Origin: Anditalea sp.
Lineage (GTDB): Bacteria > Bacteroidota > Bacteroidia > Cytophagales > Cyclobacteriaceae
DNA: 64,000 nucleotides
Assembly: GCA_040905145.1 (NCBI GenBank)
Contig: JBBDSC010000217.1
Location: 6,935 to 70,934 of the forward strand
Direction: 5' to 3'
This document shows, piece after piece, positions 47,186 through 56,636 of this stretch. The stretch's first letter is position 1, and each line of letters opens with the position of its first letter. The notes beneath the pieces are model-generated. The model was not told the DNA's origin. It was given only the letters and a program-made list of their open reading frames with translations, and ran no database searches. Both the position numbers and the translations under genes were made by a program.

Positions 47186-48571
47186 ATGAAGACCAACATA
47201 AAACACGCCAAGGCCGCAGAAGAATTTCTAAAGGATGAGGCAAGGACTGATTGGCATGATGAGACTCTCTGGCATGTCAGGGAAAAGCGGGATACAGCTG
47301 CCCAAAAATTGCCGGAATGGGAGCAATTGAGGGACAATGCATCTGAAGTGAAGGATTATGTATTGTCCCATCTCGATCAATTACTTTTGGATTTTGAAAA
47401 AAATGCCAATTCAAATGGGGTTGAAGTACTTTGGGCAAAAGATGCCAAGGAACACAATGAACATGTGCTGGATATCCTCCAAAAGCATGGGATCAAAAAT
47501 ATTGTTAAAAGTAAATCCATCCTAACAGAAGAGTGTGGGCTGAACCATTTTTTGGAAGATAAAGGGTATGACGTGGTGGACACTGATCTGGGAGAGCGGA
47601 TCATCCAGTTTGTAAAACAGGCTCCCAGTCATATCGTATTGCCTGCCATTCATCTTAAAAAGCAGGAAATAGGGAATATTTTTCATGATCACATTGGCAC
47701 AAGAAAGGGTGCAGATGATCCCAAATACCTGACGGAATCAGCTCGCTTACACTTAAGGGAGAAATTTGTGCAAGCAAACGCCGCCATTACAGGGGTGAAT
47801 TTTGGAATAGCGGAGACAGGTGGTTTTGTGGTATGTACCAATGAAGGGAATGCTGATATGGGAACACATCTGGCCAATGTCCACATCGCCTGTATGGGGA
47901 TAGAGAAGCTTATACCAAGGGCTGCTGACCTGGGGGTTTTTCTCCGCTTATTGGCCAGGAGCGCAACGGGACAGAGCATCACCACCTATTCCTCCCATTT
48001 TCACCGTCCCATGAAAGGCAGGAAAACGTACCTCATCCTGGTTGACAATGGGCGGACTACCCAGTTGGGCAGGGAAGATTTTAGAAATTCTTTAAAATGC
48101 ATCCGTTGTGGCGCCTGCATGAACACTTGCCCCATCTATAGAAGAAGCGGGGGGTACAGCTATAACTCCACCGTACCCGGTCCCATCGGTTCCATACTTT
48201 CCCCGGGCATGGATATAAATAAATACAGTTCTCTTCCTTTTGCTTCCACCTTGTGTGGCTCCTGTACGGATGTATGCCCGGTAAAGATCGACATTCATGA
48301 ACAGCTTTATAAATGGAGGCAGGTGATTACCAAAGAAGGTCCCTCTGATAGCCGGAAAAAGTGGGCGATGAAGTTGACAGGGGCAACTTTAAGTAAACCT
48401 CGCCTGTATGACTTTTTTGGAAGCATGGCTAGAAAAGCGTTGAAAGTGGTACCGGATAGCCTTGTGTACAGCAGTCTTAATGTGTGGGGGAAGCATAGGG
48501 ACCTGCCGGAAGTGCCAAAACAGAGTTTTAAGGAGTGGTACAAGAAAAACAGAAAGGACAATGGACAGTAA
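47186..48571 (+). CDS. lutB: Lactate utilisation protein B (4Fe-4S ferredoxin-type)
   Basis: The cluster motifs CIRCGACMNTCP and CGSCTDVCP are present, along with a LUD-type domain. Confidence 0.85.
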   Translation: MKTNIKHAKAAEEFLKDEARTDWHDETLWHVREKRDTAAQKLPEWEQLRDNASEVKDYVLSHLDQLLLDFEKNANSNGVEVLWAKDAKEHNEHVLDILQKHGIKNIVKSKSILTEECGLNHFLEDKGYDVVDTDLGERIIQFVKQAPSHIVLPAIHLKKQEIGNIFHDHIGTRKGADDPKYLTESARLHLREKFVQANAAITGVNFGIAETGGFVVCTNEGNADMGTHLANVHIACMGIEKLIPRAADLGVFLRLLARSATGQSITTYSSHFHRPMKGRKTYLILVDNGRTTQLGREDFRNSLKCIRCGACMNTCPIYRRSGGYSYNSTVPGPIGSILSPGMDINKYSSLPFASTLCGSCTDVCPVKIDIHEQLYKWRQVITKEGPSDSRKKWAMKLTGATLSKPRLYDFFGSMARKALKVVPDSLVYSSLNVWGKHRDLPEVPKQSFKEWYKKNRKDNGQ

Positions 48572-49142
48572 GCAGCATATTTTGGAAGCGATCAAAAAAA
48601 ATAAACCGGCAGAAACTCTTCTGCCTGATTTATTGTCATTTCCGGCTACCGATAATCTGACAGAAAAATACACCCAGTCCTTATCCCTAAATGGAGGCTC
48701 GGCGATTGGAATAAACACCTTGGAAGATATCCACACCTATCTGAAGGAAAATTTTCCTGAGGATCTTTTAGTGGCTTCTTTAGTAGAAGGAATTGAGGGA
48801 AACATGGATGCTCAGGATATCTCAGATCCTCATGACCTGGAGACAGTGGAAGTAGTATTGGTAAGTGGGGAAGTAGGTGTGGCGGAAAATGCCGCTATTT
48901 GGATTTCGGAAAAAAGTCTGCCCCACCGGGTGCTGCCCTTTATCGCCCAACATTTGATCATCGTGCTGGAGGAAGATCAGCTGGTGACCAATATGCATGA
49001 AGCTTATCAAAAGATCAATGTGGCAGAAGGCGGATATGGAGTATTTATTGCCGGCCCTTCCAAGACGGCCGATATTGAGCAGTCCCTCGTCATCGGGGCA
49101 CACGGGGCAAGGAGCTTAACGGTGTTTTTGGTCAAGAATTAA
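48561..49142 (+). CDS. lutC: Lactate utilisation protein C (LUD domain)
   Basis: The start is set at the ATG at 48561 (MDSKQHILEAIKK), overlapping the lutB stop by 11 nt. Length is 193 aa. Confidence 0.8.
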   Translation: MDSKQHILEAIKKNKPAETLLPDLLSFPATDNLTEKYTQSLSLNGGSAIGINTLEDIHTYLKENFPEDLLVASLVEGIEGNMDAQDISDPHDLETVEVVLVSGEVGVAENAAIWISEKSLPHRVLPFIAQHLIIVLEEDQLVTNMHEAYQKINVAEGGYGVFIAGPSKTADIEQSLVIGAHGARSLTVFLVKN

Positions 49143-49218
49143 TGGAACTCTTTTACTCTGTGGTCTTTTATGTTGAAAAAAATTGATCTTTATGTTTAAC
49201 TTTGAAACTTTTTTAATT

Positions 49219-49590
49219 TCACATCCACTTCACGTCTTTCTCCATACTTTCTCGAACACGAAAAGCGGCAATCTTGCGAATGAGGGACAACGGGAGCGGT
49301 TTATCCAGCGGAAACTGAATAGTGCTACTGGAAGTTTTATATTCTGAAAGATCTTTTGCAAAGGATTTTACTGCTGACGGAGTGGGGTATAAACTGATGT
49401 GATGCTTGAACGCTGCAAACGTGAATAATATCCTATGGTAGGAAAAAGTGGGCACACCCCACTTAAGGGCTTCCTCGGCTCCAGGCGCGAATTCGTGAAG
49501 ACATGCACGCATTTGTTTCAAAACCTTTTGGGCATCTTTTGGAAAACCGGCAATGTATTCATCAATGTTGTTTGGTTTATCTGCTGTCAT
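49219..49590 (-). CDS. DUF1801 (YdhG-like) domain protein
   Basis: 123 aa. IDEYIAGFPKDAQKVLKQMR..KWGVPTF is typical of the family. Confidence 0.7.
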   Translation of the reverse strand: MTADKPNNIDEYIAGFPKDAQKVLKQMRACLHEFAPGAEEALKWGVPTFSYHRILFTFAAFKHHISLYPTPSAVKSFAKDLSEYKTSSSTIQFPLDKPLPLSLIRKIAAFRVRESMEKDVKWM

Positions 49591-49644
49591 AATGTTTCCC
49601 CTCCTATAAATTAAAAGCTACAGCCATTATATAATTTTTCTTGT

Positions 49645-49851
49645 TTATATGACGGGTCGTTCATCGCCAATACCATAGCCATGGCCTCCTTTTTCAAAAA
49701 GATGCAGCTCCACCTTAGTCCCGAATTTATTTAAAGCCTGAGCATAGCGGATAGAATTTTCTGTTTCTTCCCCATGCACAGAAACCGAGGCCGCCAGATG
49801 ACCTCCTGCTGAAAAACCCAAATCCCCACCCTTTCCGGATGGATGCTCCAT
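49645..49851 (-). pseudogene. Alpha/beta-hydrolase remnant with internal deletion
   Basis: The 68 codons retain only GFSAGGHLAA and LHLFEKGGHGYG. In the intact paralog 34183-35112 these two blocks lie about 110 aa apart. Confidence 0.65.
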
Positions 49852-50442
49852 TTATGGTAACACAAAAGACACTTTGGGTCCGCCATAAAAAGCGAAGATC
49901 GGATAATCTGGATGTATTAAGAAACCTCCCGTAAGACCAAATTGCCACCGGCTGGATAGTATATAATTGATGTCCAGATTTATCGGGAATACCAAGTCAG
50001 ACCAAATGGATGTTCTGGTATAGCCTGCGCTTGCTTCCCTGTATGGGTACTCTCTGGAATGGATCACCACACCGACACCGGCACCTGGAACTATACTAAA
50101 ATAGCTATTATCAATAACTTTGTATTTATACATACCTGAAAAAGTGCGATAGTCAGCCCGGGAATTTGTTCCATTTTTATAGACATGACCTGTGGGGTCA
50201 TTTGATAATACATCATCATAATAATAATGTTCGCCCGCCAAGTAAATGGCAGTTACAATATGCCTTCTTGTCAGATGATAGTCAAAGTCAATCTTGAAAA
50301 ATCCTCTGGCACTGGCATTTTCGTAAGTAGGGCTATTCAGTAGTCCTGTGCTTACAGAAACTGCCAAATCTTTTTTTTCCTGTCCTTTTACAGTTAGCAA
50401 AAAGGTCATGGAAATTAATATGGTTAAAATTGCTTTCATCAT
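49852..50442 (-). CDS. Small outer-membrane beta-barrel (porin-family) protein
   Basis: The start is at ATGATG (50442), overlapping the upstream stop. The signal peptide is MMKAILTILISMTFLLTVKGQ, and alternating beta-strand-like segments follow. Confidence 0.55.
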   Translation of the reverse strand: MMKAILTILISMTFLLTVKGQEKKDLAVSVSTGLLNSPTYENASARGFFKIDFDYHLTRRHIVTAIYLAGEHYYYDDVLSNDPTGHVYKNGTNSRADYRTFSGMYKYKVIDNSYFSIVPGAGVGVVIHSREYPYREASAGYTRTSIWSDLVFPINLDINYILSSRWQFGLTGGFLIHPDYPIFAFYGGPKVSFVLP

Positions 50443-51110
50443 TTTTCTTTTTGAATTATATTTTTCAATGCCCATTTCAGTCCTATATTTAAATTCATTC
50501 CGTTATGTCTTATTTTATTATTATTTCCGAAATACTCCGTGCTTGTCATCGATGTAAGACTGTGGTGATATATAAATGATGCGGTTAACCAAAGCCTGTC
50601 TACCATTTTATAACCACCACCAATTTCAGCAAGTCCGGCTAAGTCAAATTTTGATACTATGTTGGTGACGTCAGTTGTTTCCGTTCCTGTAATTCTGCCT
50701 TCAATGCCAATGGTTGGCACTGTTGTTTTTGCGTCAATAAGTAGGGAGGGGATCAGTCCAATTTTTGCAAAACCAAATAGCTTGTTGCCTACATCATAAA
50801 AACCGGTTTTCACCGGAACAGATAAATAGTCATAATTGCGGTTGATTGTAATCTTTTCACCAGTTGGATTTTCAAAATTGTCTGTAAACCCGCGCTGATT
50901 ATAGATTACATCAGCTCCAATTGAAAAATCTTTCTTCACAAAATACTCGTAAGTTATACCACCTGATACTCCTTGTCTATAGTCGGTTTGGTTGGAAAAA
51001 CTGGAGGTAACATTTGTCCAATTTGCTCCGCCTGTAATTCCAATTAGATGGTTTTGTGCGGCAACTTCTATAGTTGTCAATGTTAAAATGATGATAATTA
51101 TTGATTTCAT
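50439..51110 (-). CDS. Small outer-membrane beta-barrel (porin-family) protein
   Basis: The signal peptide is MKSIIIIILTLTTIEVAAQ and GITGGANWTN follows. The gene sits in tandem with the similar-sized barrel gene at 49852-50442. Confidence 0.6.
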   Translation of the reverse strand: MKSIIIIILTLTTIEVAAQNHLIGITGGANWTNVTSSFSNQTDYRQGVSGGITYEYFVKKDFSIGADVIYNQRGFTDNFENPTGEKITINRNYDYLSVPVKTGFYDVGNKLFGFAKIGLIPSLLIDAKTTVPTIGIEGRITGTETTDVTNIVSKFDLAGLAEIGGGYKMVDRLWLTASFIYHHSLTSMTSTEYFGNNNKIRHNGMNLNIGLKWALKNIIQKEK

Positions 51111-51502
51111 GGTTTTATGGGTAGGGACATTTTATTCTGAATAACGTCAATTTAGGTGGATGAATATCAATTGCTTAAAAATTGCTTACTCAAATCCCAA
51201 AATTGAAGCCTTTAAGAGCCCAGGACTTGCGGCAACCTCTTTTTGCCCATGCTTCATACCCATTCTTCATAACAGTATTCAGCTTGCAAGATACTTATTG
51301 ATTCCAGAAATTCATTTTCAGCATTGGTAAATTATATCCAATTGCTCCGATCTTCTGCAGATAGTTTCCCGTTATGCGACATAAACAATATTTTATTTCA
51401 CTATTACATCATTGGTTGTAACTTCAATAGAGTAATTATTTTATTTACAATTCTCACTAGAGTATTAAATAATAAATTACAATCCTGCCCATACCTGTTC
51501 CT

Positions 51503-51688
51503 TTATGCTTTTTCTTCCCTAGTTTTTCCGTTCATCCAATAAGGTGCCGTCAAGAACCAGCCCAAAGTGCCGACCAACATCAGATTCTTGTTCATTTCCA
51601 GGGTGATTATATTGAAGAACACCAAAAAAGCGGGGACAATAGTGAGCAATAGGCTACATATAGAGACCAGAACCAGTAACTTCTTCAT
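51503..51688 (-). CDS. Small two-helix membrane protein
   Basis: 61 aa with two hydrophobic segments. It starts 7 nt after the permease stop on the same strand. Confidence 0.4.
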   Translation of the reverse strand: MKKLLVLVSICSLLLTIVPAFLVFFNIITLEMNKNLMLVGTLGWFLTAPYWMNGKTREEKA

Positions 51689-51694
51689 TGGTTG

Positions 51695-53131
51695 TTAGTT
51701 TTGGGAATGGGTGGTGACAAGATTACTTTCAGTTGGGGCTAATTCCTTTTTTTGAAGCCATTTGCTGGATACAAGATAGATAATTACTGCAAAAAACCAC
51801 CCTGGAAGACCCAGAAAAAAGATTTCCACCCCCAGGGTCAAATTCATAAACAGGCAAAGAGCCAAGCTTATCACCCACGTAATTCCCACCGACCAATTAA
51901 AAGAGATTGAAGTCAATTCGGCATAATTCTTTTTCAATCCCAACTTTTCCAGGACATACACATCGATAAAAATCACAGCCCCCAGGGGCATAAGGATCAA
52001 GCCATAAAGGGCGACAAACTCCAGCAATCGCATGACCAAGGCGGGAAAGCAAGCGACAATGGTGGTAAATAACCCAACAAACAGGGTTACCTTCCAGGTT
52101 TTCCACTTGGGATTAATGGACTGAATCGCCAGGCCGGCCCTGTAAAGTGTGGGATTGGCAGTGGTCCAACCTGCTATAAGCACGCAAACAGCTCCCGCTA
52201 TTCCAACTGCCCCATATGCAATAGGACCCGGGGAAAAGCTGCTGCTGTTATTGGAGTCAATCAAGAAAAGAGAATACAAAATTCCAGAAGCAATCCATGC
52301 AATGTAATGTCCCAGAAAAACACCTGTGGCCGAAGAAAAGCCATATTGCCATTTCTTGGCATACCTCAACAAGGAGAGATCTGCCATCCCTATATGCATG
52401 GCCATATTACAAAACCAGGCAAAGAACATGATATGCCAAAAGGTAAACTTACTCTGGCCCTCCAGGGGAACTCCCGTCCAAATGGTACTTTGGGCCACAG
52501 GCCAAAAATCAGCAATTGAATGGACACCAAGCTGGGGCAGCACGGCCACCGCAGCTGCTATAAACACCATGATCATCCAGGGGGCGGCAACATTGGCAAA
52601 CCTGCTCACTTGCTCAAAACCAAACATGGCTACCACAGTAGTGATCGCCCCCACTACTAAAACAGTCACCACCCAACCCAAACTGTTAGGATATACATCT
52701 GTTAGAGAAGGCATGGCCAGATCAAAGGGGATGCCTACTGCTGTGGCAGATACCGCTATCATGGCACCTGCCAAAAAACAGAATAATCCTGCGTTGACCA
52801 GATTATAAATAAGAGTAAATTTAGACCCTGCAATCTTCTCCAATTGATAATAAAGGGTAATCCTGTCTTTCACAGCTATTTTTGCCGTAAAAAAGGCCCA
52901 GCTGAGCACGGCTAAAATATTTCCTACCAGCAAACCGGTCACCAAATCTATGGCACTGGCACCATGTGCAACAAACAGGGGGCCAATCACAAATTCGGTA
53001 CCTGCCGTATGCTCTCCCGCATAAGTCCCTATAAAACTTCTCCAACCTTTAAGTTTGCTTTTTGGTACAGGCTGCCTTTCATGTTCATTGACCGCATCCA
53101 ATTGCTGAAAAAGATTCTTTTTGGTCCACAT
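51695..53131 (-). CDS. NCS1-type (purine/cytosine permease-like) transporter
   Basis: 478 aa with about 12 hydrophobic segments. The overall resemblance is to the cytosine/purine permease family; no single diagnostic motif was verified. Confidence 0.65.
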   Translation of the reverse strand: MWTKKNLFQQLDAVNEHERQPVPKSKLKGWRSFIGTYAGEHTAGTEFVIGPLFVAHGASAIDLVTGLLVGNILAVLSWAFFTAKIAVKDRITLYYQLEKIAGSKFTLIYNLVNAGLFCFLAGAMIAVSATAVGIPFDLAMPSLTDVYPNSLGWVVTVLVVGAITTVVAMFGFEQVSRFANVAAPWMIMVFIAAAVAVLPQLGVHSIADFWPVAQSTIWTGVPLEGQSKFTFWHIMFFAWFCNMAMHIGMADLSLLRYAKKWQYGFSSATGVFLGHYIAWIASGILYSLFLIDSNNSSSFSPGPIAYGAVGIAGAVCVLIAGWTTANPTLYRAGLAIQSINPKWKTWKVTLFVGLFTTIVACFPALVMRLLEFVALYGLILMPLGAVIFIDVYVLEKLGLKKNYAELTSISFNWSVGITWVISLALCLFMNLTLGVEIFFLGLPGWFFAVIIYLVSSKWLQKKELAPTESNLVTTHSQN

Positions 53132-53333
53132 ATCTTAAGGAAACAATATTGAGTAAATTAAGCAAAAGTATAAAAAAGGTATAGGGACAAAATGTCCTGT
53201 ACTTACCTGTGCCCTAGAATTTCATATGTATATAATTGATTTTTTAAGGTCATATGCCTGTCTGCCGATACGCAGGGAACCTCGCTGGAAATTCATTCTG
53301 TGTGAGATCTTTTCCCATGCTCGATTTCCTGAT

Positions 53334-54398
53334 TTAGAGGGAACCTCTATCGATAAACCTGAAAACGTTTTTGACAGCTTCTTTTTTACGCTTTTTGATC
53401 ATATAAGCGGCTGTTTCTCCCATGACGCGAAAATCCGTAGACATCACCGTAATGCCAAGGAGTTCTTTTAAAGGCGTATCATTGTAGGATATGATGCCTA
53501 TATCACTTCCCATTTCATAGTTCAGATCCCTTACTTGCTTGATAAGGCTTACCAAGTCATTTTCTTCAATAACGATATAGGCGTCGCGAGGCTGCAATTC
53601 CATTTCCGGATAAACCGTCTCCAAAACCTCAAAATCAAAGTCAAAGTCAATGCAAAATTTTTTGAAGCCCTGCATAATCTCCTGTGGATAAGGATATACC
53701 ACTTTGCTGGGGTAAACAAGAATTAACTTATGATAATTTTTCAGCTTGGAAATTCCCTCATAAAGCGCATGATTGATATCCATCTTAAAATCCTGATAAA
53801 TGGAAGCCACTTCACTTCCCAATGCAGGCATAGCATTATCCATAATAACCAGTTTATTAGGAGATATCTTTTGTAAACGGGCAATTACATCCTGGTCAAT
53901 GTTATGATGGATAAGCTGGTCATCTTTAAAATGGGGCATCACCACATAATAGTCATAAGCCCCTATGTTCTCGTCAAGAATGTCTAACAGTAATTTTGGA
54001 TCACAATGGTAAATATTTAAATCTACCTGGGCACTGGCCCCCAAATTATTGATAAAGGAATTGTAGATCTTTAACTTATAGTTGCTTAATTTATTTAATA
54101 GAAACAACACTTTAATTTGTGAGGTAGAAATATTCCTGGCAACATAATATCCTTTTCCTTTAACTGAAATAATGATCTTTTTTTCCTTCAATAAATTATA
54201 GGCCTTCTCTACTGTGTCCCGGGATAAATAACATTCTTCACTGATTTCATTTATCGAAGGGATTTTCTCACCTACTGCCAGGCAACCATTTTCAATATCT
54301 TCAATAATGGAATTTACGATTTGCTGATATTTGGGAATTCTTGAACCGCTATTGAGATGAACTAGGGTTTTTAACTCAATCATTTTGGCTATTGTCAA
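53334..54398 (-). CDS. GntR-type HTH regulator fused to a LacI/PBP1-type sugar-binding domain (AraR-like architecture)
   Basis: The N-terminus reads IPKYQQIVNSIIEDIENG..KIPSINEISEECYLSRDTVEKAYNLLKEKKII. The C-terminal approximately 270 aa resemble the periplasmic-binding fold. Confidence 0.8.
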   Translation of the reverse strand: MTIAKMIELKTLVHLNSGSRIPKYQQIVNSIIEDIENGCLAVGEKIPSINEISEECYLSRDTVEKAYNLLKEKKIIISVKGKGYYVARNISTSQIKVLFLLNKLSNYKLKIYNSFINNLGASAQVDLNIYHCDPKLLLDILDENIGAYDYYVVMPHFKDDQLIHHNIDQDVIARLQKISPNKLVIMDNAMPALGSEVASIYQDFKMDINHALYEGISKLKNYHKLILVYPSKVVYPYPQEIMQGFKKFCIDFDFDFEVLETVYPEMELQPRDAYIVIEENDLVSLIKQVRDLNYEMGSDIGIISYNDTPLKELLGITVMSTDFRVMGETAAYMIKKRKKEAVKNVFRFIDRGSL

Positions 54399-54697
54399 TC
54401 TGTTTATTGTAATTATCGCTCAAATTAAATGATTCATTGTTCATAATCTACTTTTCCTCTACAAATTGTACTTGTTTTATAAAATTTTTTATAAACGGCA
54501 TTTAAAATACAGTCTCCCAAAGGTTTAAAGTTTACCAAAGCCCATAGACAAGCACAAAACCGAGCGGTTCCCCGGATTTCATTGAAGGATTTGTTTACTG
54601 TGATGCTGAATCAAAATCAGTTTTCTCATTGATTAATTCCCCACCGCCAATGTTTAACCGGAGCTATTTAAAATTCAGATTGAGGAGTAAAAATTTG

Positions 54698-54970
54698 TTA
54701 TTTTTTAACGGCAACAATTATTCCTGTTGCCCAAACTTGCTTTGTCAGAAACAAATCTTCTCTCATCTCTAAATGGTTAATCAGATTGATTGCTTTTTCA
54801 TGGTGCCCATCTGGCCAGTTAGGCTGTGGTAGCATATCGTCAAATCTCTGAGCAATTTCCAAAAATCCAGGTTCATTGTCAATTGAAATTAATGAGGAAT
54901 CCTTATCCATTCCATCCAGTATCCAGGCTGTTGAAAGTCCTGTTCCTGTTCCAAGTTCAAGAAATTTAAG
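54698..54970 (-). pseudogene. Class I SAM-dependent methyltransferase remnant
   Basis: The open frame begins right after a TAA and reads LKFLELGTGTGLSTAWILDG (motif I). About 90 codons are present and the usual N-terminal region is missing. Confidence 0.5.
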
Positions 54971-55373
54971 TTAGCTAAAGAAACCGGTTTGCTGACCCTA
55001 AGGTAAAAATCAAGGAATTGTTAATATGCTGATTATTTGCCCATAATTCAATGAGGATAAAAAAAGCAGACCCTGTCCTATTCCATTTTCTCACAAAGAG
55101 CCCAAACAAAATATAAATTAAAGATGAGAATATGTGGAGCATTTCTTAATATTAACCTTTGAAGGGATGAGAAATGTTTTCTATCATCATCATTTGATAT
55201 TACCGTAACAAAAGAAGGTTTAATAAGTTTTTTCAAGAGGAAAAGAAATATTATTTGTGGAGTGATTACAAAATAATGCGAGCAAATCAGTGGCTTAACA
55301 ATTTGTTAATATAAATGTCTTATAAACTTATTTAACTTTGTGCTGAAAATATAATTCAGTGGAATAAAGCTTT

Positions 55374-56504
55374 ATGGCAAAATTAAAAGATCAAAACATC
55401 AATCAGGCCAAGCTTTCAAAAGCAGCCTATTCACTTTTTGATTTCTCAAAGAAAGAAAAACCTTTTTTGATTGTCATTTGCATCCTGGTATCCATTGCCG
55501 GTTATATTACCCAATATACCTATGCGGCGATGTGGTTCGGTTTTATGTTGGCCGCTTATTCTGCCATTGCCAATGACAGCATCCAGACCATCGGAACATT
55601 CATTGCCTCTAATTCCAAAACGAAATGGTATTGGTTATGGCTTTTTATGGGCCTTATTTTTGTAGGCACTGTCACTTATAGTTGGATCGTTTTTAACGGT
55701 GATGTCAGTAACGAAAGGTTACAGGTACCGGGATTGGACAAAGCTCCGGATGAAATTGTTTTCCTCCAGCTGGCCGCTCCCCTTGTTTTGTTGGTGATGA
55801 CAAGGCTAAGAATACCCGTGTCCACTACTTTTTTGTTATTGAACGTGTTCACCTATGAAGCGGGTACTATTATCGGCGTCATGGAGAAGAGCTTTATTGG
55901 TTATCTTCTGGCATTTTTTATGGGCATCGTAGTATGGTTTGTTTTGGAAAAATTTTATACCAATTACCTGAAGGGCAAGCCAAGCCCTTATTGGATGCCC
56001 ATACAATGGGTTATTTCAGGAACCCTCTGGGCAGTATGGATCATGCAGGATGCCGCCAACATTGCGGTATTTTTGCCCAGGCAATTGGTTTTAGGGGAGT
56101 TTATAGCATTTGCAGGTTTTGTTTTTCTGGGACTCGGCTTTTTATTTTATTTAAAGGGTGACCGTATTCAAGAAATTGTCAATAAAAAAACCAGGGTTAT
56201 CGATGTGCGGGCCGCTACTATTGTGGATTTTGTATATGCCGTTCTTCTTTTTTACTTTAAGATGTACAGCAATATGCCCATGAGTACTACCTGGGTTTTT
56301 ATTGGCTTATTGGGAGGTAGGGAAATAGCCATTGCTTTGGCCAAATCCAAAAAATTGAAAAAAAGGAAAGCCAGGCTGGTAAGGGCTTATAGATTGGCCA
56401 GCAATGATGTATATAAGGCCATGATTGGTTTGATTGTTTCTTTGATTTTGGCCCTGATCATTAATAATGGAGTTAGAAAAGAATTATTAGACCTCATCTT
56501 CTAA
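55374..56504 (+). CDS. Divergent PiT/PHO4-superfamily-like ion transporter
   Basis: 376 aa and multi-pass. It has an internal duplication, each half carrying an ANDS/QDAAN-type motif and a P(V/M)STT motif (RIPVSTTF, NMPMSTTW), as in phosphate/sulfate permeases. Confidence 0.45.
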   Translation: MAKLKDQNINQAKLSKAAYSLFDFSKKEKPFLIVICILVSIAGYITQYTYAAMWFGFMLAAYSAIANDSIQTIGTFIASNSKTKWYWLWLFMGLIFVGTVTYSWIVFNGDVSNERLQVPGLDKAPDEIVFLQLAAPLVLLVMTRLRIPVSTTFLLLNVFTYEAGTIIGVMEKSFIGYLLAFFMGIVVWFVLEKFYTNYLKGKPSPYWMPIQWVISGTLWAVWIMQDAANIAVFLPRQLVLGEFIAFAGFVFLGLGFLFYLKGDRIQEIVNKKTRVIDVRAATIVDFVYAVLLFYFKMYSNMPMSTTWVFIGLLGGREIAIALAKSKKLKKRKARLVRAYRLASNDVYKAMIGLIVSLILALIINNGVRKELLDLIF

Positions 56505-56557
56505 GCCTGTGGTTAAGCGAACAGGTTGGAAGACCGGAGACAGAAGAAGATTTGGGG

Positions 56558-56585
56558 ACGAAGGGATACTCCCCATCCCTTCGTC
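56558..56585. terminator. 11-bp-stem hairpin between convergent genes
   Basis: GACGAAGGGAT ACTCCCC ATCCCTTCGTC is embedded in a purine-word repeat block (56520-56625). Confidence 0.5.
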
Positions 56586-56636
56586 CCTTCGGTCTCTCCG
56601 TCTCCCTCCTTTTGGCAGAATTTGTCCGGTAACGTA

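Noticed and set aside
51111-51502. 390-nt spacer upstream of the barrel genes as a possible gene fragment or ncRNA.
   Set aside because: I could find no convincing protein similarity in any frame and no clear secondary-structure element. It is left unannotated.
4285-52232. Test of CCCGGG avoidance to support an XmaI/Cfr9I/XcyI-like specificity for the RM pair.
   Set aside because: At least five CCCGGG sites are present (4285, 21886, 22162, 25102, 52227). There is therefore no obvious avoidance, and the test says nothing about specificity.
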